In this document: piece by piece, positions 55,190 through 64,000 of the stretch
How the letters are laid out: each line of letters opens with the position of its first letter
Position numbering within the stretch: position 1 is the stretch's first letter
Assembly: GCA_951406725.2 (NCBI GenBank)
Contig: OX597832.1
Coordinates: 24,242,001 to 24,306,000, forward strand
From: Octopus vulgaris
Lineage: Eukaryota
Length of the DNA stretch: 64,000 bases
Direction: 5' to 3'
Translations under genes and position numbers: made by a program
The notes under the pieces: model-generated
Database searches by the model: none
Told to the model about the DNA's origin: nothing
The model's input: only the letters and a program-made list of their open reading frames with translations

Positions 55190-56006
55190 ATCCTTTCTAC
55201 TAGAGGCACAAGGCCTCAAATTTTGGGGAAGGGATTAAGTCGATTATATCGACCCCAGTGTGTAATCGACCCCGAAAAGATGAAAGGCAAAGTCGACCTC
55301 GGCGGAATCTGAACTCAGAATGTAACGGCAGACGAAATACCTCTAAGCATTTCGCCCGGCGTGCTAACGTTTCTGCCAGCTCGCCTTGGGGATAACATTC
55401 TACCATGTAGAAGTGTGTATGAAGGGATCAAGAAGTTTAGAAACGGCTGGACAAGAGTGGACCTCAAAAAGGAAGCAGGATACCCATCAGCCTACACCAC
55501 TGACATGAAGATTCAAAAAGCTCGGGAGGCAGGTTCTAGAGAACTGATGAATGGTCTTTGATGCGGTGGCATGTTCTCTGCAAATTAGTCATGGTTCTTA
55601 TTTCTTTACTACCCACAAGGGGCTAAACACAGAGAGGACAGACTAAGGGATTAAGTCGATTACATCGACCCAGTGCGTAACTGGTACTTAATTTATACGG
55701 CCCCTGAAAGGATGAAAGGCAAAGTCGACCTCGGCGGAATTTGGACTCAGAACGTAATGGCAGACGAAATACCTATTTCTTTACTACCCACAAGGGGCTA
55801 AACATAGAGGGGACAAACGAGGAAAGACAAAGGGATTAAGTCGATTACATCGACCCCAGTGCGTAACTGGTAATTAATTTATCGATCCCGAAAGGATGAA
55901 AGGCAAAGTCGACCTTGGTGGAATTTGAACTCAGAACGTAACAGCTGACGAAATACCGCTAAGCATTTCGCCCGGCGTGCTAACGTTTCTGCCAGCTCGC
56001 CACCTT
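55190..56006 (-). mobile_element. Cluster of family B SINEs flanking a mariner fragment
   Basis: Three to four family B copies. Confidence 0.8.
55385..55598 (+). pseudogene. mariner transposase HTH fragment
   Basis: GDNILPCRSVYEGIKKFRNGWTRVD...GYPS...LQISHGS. Confidence 0.6.
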
Positions 56007-56209
56007 AAATCTCTCCAAAATACATACCATCGACTGCCTTCTCCCCCTCGCTTTTTCCATCTTTTTCTCCTCTCAGTCGCCCTCCCATGCACACTTTACG
56101 TTACATAATCCACTTAAATGGCGGTGCCCCAGCATGGCCACAGCTCGTGAGCTGAAACTAGATGAAAATGAAATGAAAAAAAAAATCGTCTCTTTCATGA
56201 ATTTCTTAC

Positions 56210-57712
56210 TCACACCAAACAACGTAAACTCCACTCACTCCTCCACTCCATCACACCCGATGCCACTATCCAAACTCACCCCCCTGCCACTCCAACCCCC
56301 ACAGCTACCCCCTCCCAGCCTTCCACTACCCCCACCACCCTTCTCACTTCTGACCCGTCCACCCCTTCGCCACTTCAGTCTGTTGTTACCATTCCTCCAG
56401 ATCTTCCCTTCTCTGAGGCTGAGTGCTCCCTCCTCAGTAAGGGTCTGCACTTCATACCCCCTCACTCCATCCAGCAAAGAATTTCAGACTCATGCTGATA
56501 TCCACATTTTTGTGCACCGTGTTAGGCTGTGTGCACTATTCTGCGACACTCCACCTGCATCTAATAAGGAGGACTGCTTCACCGACCTGAGCTGCCGACC
56601 ATCCCAGTGGACGCTAGCTCCTGGCCAGTTCCAAGCAGTCGATCTTTTTGCGGGCATCTGTCAGCGTGCTGTGGACCGGTTTGACATTTCCAGGCGTCCC
56701 CGACATCTGAACATCTCCCCGGCCAAACTCTCAGTTCTTTGATGTCTCTGATGCCGCAAGGACATCATCATAAAACTGGCTGACAAGGGCGGCGCCGTGG
56801 TGGTGTGGAACGGAGACCTCTAGAAGTTCGAAGCTCTCCACCAACGTCAAGACACCTACTTCTACTGCCCTCTGCCCTCCAATCCCATGCCTAGCAACCA
56901 ACAGACGGTGTCCTCCAGCATCAATAACCTCATCTGCTCTTCCTGTCTCCCCCACCGCCTCCAACCTCATTGTCCGCACCCTTCGCACCCCCACAATTTA
57001 CTTCCTCCACAAAATCCATAAACCTAACAACCCTGGCCATCCCATCGTCTCCGCCTGCAACTGTCCTACAGAACTCATCTCCAAATATCTCAACCATGTC
57101 CTTGTCCCCTAGTGGCTTCTTTCTCCTCTCACATCCATGACACCAACCATGCTCTTCGTCTGTTCAACTTTTTCTCCTTCCCTCCTGGGCCCTCTAAACT
57201 TCTGTTCACTCTTGACATCAAGAGCCTATACACAGTGATCCCTCACTACGAAGGGCTTCTTGCACTCAAACACTACCTTGACCTTTGACCTAACACCCAA
57301 CCTGACACATCCCCACTTCTTCATCTGGCCAAACTTGTTCTCTCACTTAACTGCTTCTCATTCGTGGGTGAGTTTTACCAACAGACCTCAGGAGTGGCCA
57401 TGGGAACAAGAATGGGCCCCAACTATGCGAACCTGTTCATTGGCTACGTTGAGACCCAAATATTCTCAAGTTTCACTGGTCCCACTCCCGAACTATACAG
57501 TCGTTATATTGACAACTGTATCGGTACGACCTTACTCTCCCATGGACAACAAGACTCCTTCCTCTCTTTTGTCAAATCTTTCCATCCTGCCCTCCAATTC
57601 TTCTGCACTATTTCCAACACTTCCGTTGCATTTCTCAACATAATGGTCGGCATTCATCACTCCACTCTCACCACCTCCGTCCACTACAAACACACAGACT
57701 CACACTCACACC
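56210..57712 (+). pseudogene. Penelope-like element reverse transcriptase, decayed and 3'-truncated
   Basis: LLSKGLHFIP, IIIKLADKGGAVVVW, KIHKPNNPGHPIVS, LDIKSLYTVIPH, YQQTSGVAMGTRMGPNYANLF, RYIDN; frameshifts and stops; no GIY-YIG seen. Confidence 0.9.
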
Positions 57713-58986
57713 TTGGTGCGCCAATAGCAGTGGAAAGTGTGGTCTTTGCGATATGGAAAGATGGCTTATCTGGAAAAGTTCTTTAGACCCTGCTACATGT
57801 CTAAATTCCAGAACTGAACTTTTTGGGTCATGTCCACATACGACAAAACATTTGCTACGTTTTTGGACCCCTACAAGATCACAGATAGAACCTGCTTTTT
57901 ATATTATATAATGTCCACGTATAAGCCTTTTGCATGTCTTAACATCCCTTATACTTTTATATATTTTATTACTTTATATATTTTTCTGTATTTATGTAAG
58001 CCATATCTGTGTACTATATACCTAGTGTATATGTACGTGCATATATACATTGTGTACAAATGATTGCACGTATACAAGTACTTGTTGTACTTGTCTCCTT
58101 CCTTCATACACACATGAATGTATGTATATATGTTATATGTCTGCAGGTGTATATGTGTTTGTCAGACAGGGGGTGTATTTGTGTATACACATATATAACT
58201 CATTTGTATATTCAAGTTTTGCGGCGATGGTGAATGGTTTGTGGTATTTTTTCGCGTATGTGTATTTATTTGTATTTACGTCTGTTTGTGTATGCATGCA
58301 CGGGTGCATATAGACTATGCCTTGTTTATTTGAAGTGACCTAAAAAGTAGGGAAATTACTTGTAAGGTCAAAAACAGGAAGAGAGGAATAAAGAAAAGAG
58401 AAAAGGAGAGAAGAAAAAAGAAAAAGAGAGGAAGAGAGGAATAAAGTAAAGAAGGAAAAAAAGGAAAACAAAGAGAAAGTTTTACCGTTTTCTGTCTTTA
58501 CTTAATTTCTCTCTTCCTCCCTCTTTCTTTCTTTCTTTTTTTCTCTTTTTGTGTTCTTTTTTTCTTCTCTTTTTTCCTCTTTTCTTTATTCTTCTCTTCT
58601 TGTTTTCAATTTGACCTTACAGATACATTCTTTACTTTTAGGTCACTTTAAATAAAACCCTCGTTTCAATAGCACTGTGTACAAACTCTATACTTGGAAC
58701 GACCAATTTTAAATACTACTGGAATCTTATATGTATACCATTCTGCCTAAATAATGGATCTACAAATGCAATATCCCTGCATATCTCACATCTATTTTCA
58801 GTCCTCCAATTCACTCTCTATTTCGCATCTTATCTAAATTAATTATTGCTTAACCATTTTCTCACAAAATTCTTATACGCGTCTTTAGGAGCCATGTGGT
58901 TCGTAAGCAAGCTACTTACCACACATGTATAGAAAATATTTAAAAAGAATATTTTAAAATGTTTAAAAATATATAAACAATATATA

Positions 58987-59395
58987 GGCGTAGGAGTGGC
59001 TGTGTGGTAAGTAGCTTGCTTACGAACCACAATGGTTCCGGGTTCAGTCCCACTGCATGGCACCTTGGGTAAGTGTCTTCTACTATAGCCTCGGGCCGAC
59101 CAAAGCCCTGTGAGTGGATTTTGTAGACGGAAACTGAAAGAAGCCCGTCGTATATATGTATATATATATGTATGCGTGTGTGTGTTTGTGCAGTCTGTGT
59201 TTGTCTCCCTAGCGTTGCTTGACAACCGATGCTGGTGTGTTTATGTCCCCGTTACTTAGCGGTTCGGCAAAAGAGACTGATAGAATAAGTACTGGGCTTA
59301 CAAACGAATAAGTCCCGGGGTCGAGTTGCTCGATTAAAGGCGGTGCTCCAGCATGGCCACAGTCAAATGACTGAAACAAGTAAAAGAGTAAAGAG
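58987..59395 (+). mobile_element. SINE family A
   Basis: Similar to 3098-3522. Confidence 0.85.
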
Positions 59396-60034
59396 TATAG
59401 ATGAGATAAAAATATATAAACAATATATACATATATACACATTGTTGGAAGATCATTGAATACTCATGACTTCCTCTGCCCTTTGACGGCTTTTATTTTT
59501 CCTACTGCAGGGTATCAAATAACCAGCCCCCTCAACAAGGGAACTTAGTGGGGTTGCCAGTTCAGTCACTGATGACCTGACCGCGCAGCAGGTTGTACAG
59601 AGTTACGTGTACTAGTCACATTTAACAATCTGACATCTACATATACATCTATATACATATATACATATGTGTGATGGCATGTATATATGTGTATGTGGTG
59701 GTATATATATGTATATATGTGTGATGTGTATGTATGTGCATACAAACCACACTTTCACAGCTAATATTCGACTTATTTGTGCATTGATGTGGCTGTCCTA
59801 CATTCTGGTTGTTCAACCCACTTCCAAAATTTTAAATGGTTTAACAATAGGCTATGCCTGCTGTGTTTGTGAGAAAAGAGAATTATGCTTTTAGTGAGAA
59901 ACTAAACTCTCACGATATCTTATAAGATAAGCTATCAAAACATTTTCAGAGTAACAAATAAATTGTTTTACGTCCAAAGCCGGCAGTTTTTTTAGGCGAA
60001 GAACTTAGATTATGTCATTGATCTAAGTATATGA

Positions 60035-60705
60035 CTATCTTGCCCAGGATATCAATCGTCTGGAAACCGTTCAGCGACGTGCAACCAAAAGAATACTCTC
60101 CATCAGGCATTTGCCATATTCTGAACGCCTTACTTCCCTGGAATCCCTATCTTGCCCAGGATATCAATCGTCTGGAAACCGTTCAGCGACGTGCAACCAA
60201 AAGAATACCCTCCATCAGGCATTTGCCATATCCTGAACGCCTTACTTCCCTGGCCATGGACACATTGAAACTCCGACGTCTGGCAGCTGACTTGGCAGAC
60301 ACCCATAAAATTATCAACCATCTTACAAACAATAACTCTGAGCACCTTTTCGAACTCCACCCGTCTAACACCCGTGGACATGTTTACAAAGTCAGAAAAC
60401 AGCACAGCTCCCATGACTTTAGGAAACATTTTTTCACGCTGAGAGTTGCTGAAGCATGGAACAAACTGCCGGCGTCAGTTGTTAGTTGTCGGAGCACTGC
60501 ATCCTTCAAAACTTCCATGCTTCCTGTGATTCGCCAACACTACACCTGATTTTCTCCCCTCCATACACACACAAGCAGGTATCTGACTCATACACTGTTC
60601 GCTTTCCAGACATTTGTACATTACTGCATATACTTTATACGCACTTTTTGACAAGTTGTGGTGCACCTGAGCACTGGACACAATAATTTCATTATTATTA
60701 TTATT
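60035..60705 (+). mobile_element. CR1-like LINE 3' fragment with duplicated 5' end
   Basis: WNPYLAQDINRLETVQRRATK...TRGHVYK...FFTLRVAEAWNKLP; (ATT)n tail. Confidence 0.9.
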
Positions 60706-61799
60706 TAAAAGTTTCCGTACTATTTCCGAGTGTAGACACACTGGACAGTTGTCCAGGGATCCCACGGATCTAGGGGCCCAATGCTAATCTGCTTATATTG
60801 TTGCTATGTACTAGTAGGGTATTAAAAGCACCATCCGAGCGTGATCGTTGCCAAAGCGGCTATCTGGCCTCCGTGCCGGTGGCACGTAAAAGACACCATT
60901 CGAGCGTGATCGTTACCAGCATCGCCTTACTGGCACCCGCGCCGGTGGCATGTGTAAAAGATTCGAGCGAGGTCGTTGCCAGTGCCGCCTGACTGGCACA
61001 TAAAAGCACCCACTACACTCTCGGAGTGGTTGGCGTTAGGAGGGGCATCCAGCTGTAGAAACTCTGCCAGATCAAGATTGAAGCCTAGTGCAGCCATCTG
61101 GTTCGCCAGTCCTCAGTCATACATCCAATCCATGCTAGCATGGAAAGCGGACGTTAAACGATGATGATGATGATGTAAGGAACGTCAGCACATTCTTTTG
61201 CCCTGGGGCTTATCGTCAGTTACAACTGTTTTCCATGCTGGCATGGGTTGGATGGTTTGACAGAAGCTGGCAGGTCAGAAAACTGCACTAAGCAAGCATG
61301 CAAGCAAGAAAGCAAGCAAGCTCGCTCGCTCGCTCTACTGGCCTGCTTTCTGCTTGTCCTCTGATTGTCTGATTTTTCCTTACGGAATTCTAGTATTTAT
61401 AGCTATGCAGACTAGCTAGAAAGAGGGATATATTGTTGAGCACAATACGTAGTTCGATGTAGGTCGCTGTTGTCTCATTTCAACTTTTCATGGCAAGAAA
61501 AACATTAAGAGTCAAATGGAAAACGCATAAATAAACTTGGCAAAGTCATATGTTGAATGTAACTTTTATCAATTTACATTTTTCTGTGAGAAAAATGCTG
61601 TTGAAATGTTAGTGGAATTTTGCTGGTCTTCTCATGCACATACTTTCATATCTAGACATATGTATGTAAGGATGTACTCGTGTAAAAGTTGAATTTTCTC
61701 GACGATTTTTAAAGGTCAAATTTATGGGGTCGACTATTACATGGATACTACTTTCGGGGACGTAAACACACCAGCAACGGTTGTCAAGCGATGTTGGGT

Positions 61800-61912
<113 letters not shown>

Positions 61913-62267
61913 TATATATATCTTGGAGTGGTTGGCGTTAGGAAGGGCATCCAGCTGTAGAAACCCTGCCAGATCAGCCATCTGGTTTGCCAGACCTCAG
62001 TCAAATCGTCCAACCCATGCTAGCATGGAAAGCGGACGTTAAACGATGATGATGATGATATATATATATATATATACAACGGGCTCCTTTCAGTTTCCGC
62101 TTACCAAATCCATTCACAAGGCTTTGGTCGGCCTGAGGCTATAGCAGAAGACACTTGTCCAAGTTGTCACGCAGTGGGACTGAACCCGGAACCATGTGGT
62201 TGGTAAGCAAGCGACTTACTTTACAGCCACTCCTACCCCGGCAAAAAAAGTTTGGGAACCACTGATC

Positions 62268-62610
62268 TAGCGATTAACTAAATGTCTTTTAGGCTTACCG
62301 TAGTCCTGCCTCTGTACGAATTCATACAATGGTGTTTGCCGTTGGTTCGCCAGTAGTGCTGTCTGTGAAACACGTTTCTCCCCATGTAAACAGACGACCG
62401 TATGATACATGTGTTTATTGCAGTTGGAGGAAAATATAAAGGTCGCATTGGAACCATTGATCCAGCGATTAATTGAATGTTTTTTGGGCTTATCCAAGTC
62501 ATGCCTACGAATTCAGACAGTGGCGTTTGCCAGTGTTCGCCTATGGTGCTGTCTGTGAAACACGTTTCTCATCATGGAAGCAACAAGTGTGTGACGCACA
62601 TGTTTATTGT
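62268..62610. repeat. Diverged ~195-bp direct duplication, probably within a pogo-like DNA transposon relic (~61670-62976)
   Basis: gtgctgtctgtgaaacacgtttctc twice; ggggtcgact motifs at 61726 and 62878-62960. Confidence 0.5.
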
Positions 62611-62975
62611 GCTTCGAGATGTATGCAGACTTGCAGTATGTCCTGTGCATACATTTTAGTAGTAGCAATGTAGCAACCATCAATAGGTGTGTAGTGATCC
62701 CTATTAAATGGTGCTTTACTATAAGCACCGAGCATTCCATTATAAGCCCCAAATATTACACTTATAGAGCAGGCTTACAGTAAGGTAACCACACAATTTT
62801 GTAAGTATTATTTCTACGTATAGGATAATATGGTACCTTGGCCCCACAAATGTTGTCCTGTTGTTCGTGAAATACTAGGGTCGACTTTTATACGGGGTCG
62901 ATAGAAAATTCCCAATTTTTGGCCCCAAATAGGGGGTCGACTTTTACATGAGATCGACTATTATTCGAGTATATA

Positions 62976-63380
62976 GGCGCAGGAGTGGTTGTGTGCTAAG
63001 TAGCTTGCTTAGCAACCAGATGGTTCCGGGTTCATTCTCACTGCGTGGCACCTTGGGCAAGTGTCTTCTACTATAGCCTCGGACCGACCAAAGCCTTGTG
63101 AGTGGATTTGGTAGGCGGAAACTGAAAGAAGCCCGTCGTATATATGTATATATATATATATATGTATGTGTGTGCATATGTTTGTATGACTGTGTTTGTC
63201 CCCCCCAACATCGCTTGACAACCGATGCTGGTGTGTTTACGTCCCCGTAACTTAGCAGTTCGGCAAAAGAGACCGATAGAATAAGTACTAGGCTTCCTGG
63301 GGGTCGATTTGCTCGACTAAAGGCGGTGCTCCAGCATGGCCACAGTCAAATGACTGAAACAAGTAAAAGAGTAAAGAGTA
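62976..63380 (+). mobile_element. SINE family A
   Basis: Similar to 3098-3522. Confidence 0.85.
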
Positions 63381-64000
63381 TATACAGTGTGTATGTGCGT
63401 ATGTAGAGAAGAAAGAGAAGGAGAGAGAGGTGATATGTATGTATGTGTGAATGTGAGTACGTAGAGAAAGAGAGTGGGAGAGAGCGAGAGAGAGAGAGAG
63501 GGAGAGAGACAAGCAGATAGACAGAGGCAGTTAGAGAGAGAGAGAGAGGGGGAGAGGAAAGGAAAGAGAGACCTGCTGAAGACGTACACTTGTGTGTTGG
63601 TGGTGCGTGGTGGTTGACTGGTAATTGGATAACGGAGTGTCTTAAACTTTCTTTATAAAAAAGTTTTTTCTTATCTTTATAAAAATACTTTCAAAAGTTG
63701 TGTTGGAGAAAGACAAGTGACAACAACCACTTCTTCAGTGTCTAAACTAACTCTGAAACCATGAGTAAGTATACACATTTATATACGCACACATAAATAT
63801 ATACCAGCTTGTTAACTGGTGTTTTTCGTCCCTTAGGCTTTGTATCATTCATATATTATATACAACGCGCTGACATGTTTTATAATATTGCACCCGTTGA
63901 CAACCCTGGACCCTGTCTTTTTTTATATTTAATTCTCTTCTTAATGTTTGTATTATCCAAAGCGTTCGTCATTTTTCTTTCTTTTCTATGATTTGGAGGA

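Noticed and set aside
59569-59595. Hammerhead (CTGATGA + CCTG/CAGG stem)
   Set aside because: No GAAA after stem II.

Overview
Eukaryotic, AT-rich, microsatellite- and SINE-dense genomic DNA; the repeat families look octopod cephalopod (inference, not proven). Bases 331-47941 (+) carry 22 coding exons of U2SURP/SR140, a U2 snRNP-associated splicing factor (RRM, SURP, CID, CWF21, RS tail). My preferred model is 2814 nt in frame (937 aa + stop); the N-terminal exon(s) lie upstream of the window. Introns and the 3' flank hold tRNA-derived SINEs, an RTE-type non-autonomous element, CR1, R4/Dong-like, Tx1-like and Penelope retroelement remnants, and mariner/Tc1/piggyBac/hAT-type relics. Most ORFs in the track are microsatellite or SINE artefacts. 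Best leads: (1) an intronic ~320-bp inverted repeat containing an intact minimal hammerhead ribozyme antisense to the gene, with a core-broken sense copy; (2) a 4x157-bp tandem array just past the stop codon, each unit with a perfect 13-bp estrogen-response-element palindrome; (3) a cluster of decoy splice sites and a candidate poison exon in the intron after the 44-nt exon, a possible autoregulatory module. All were read by eye and need RNA-seq or biochemical tests.
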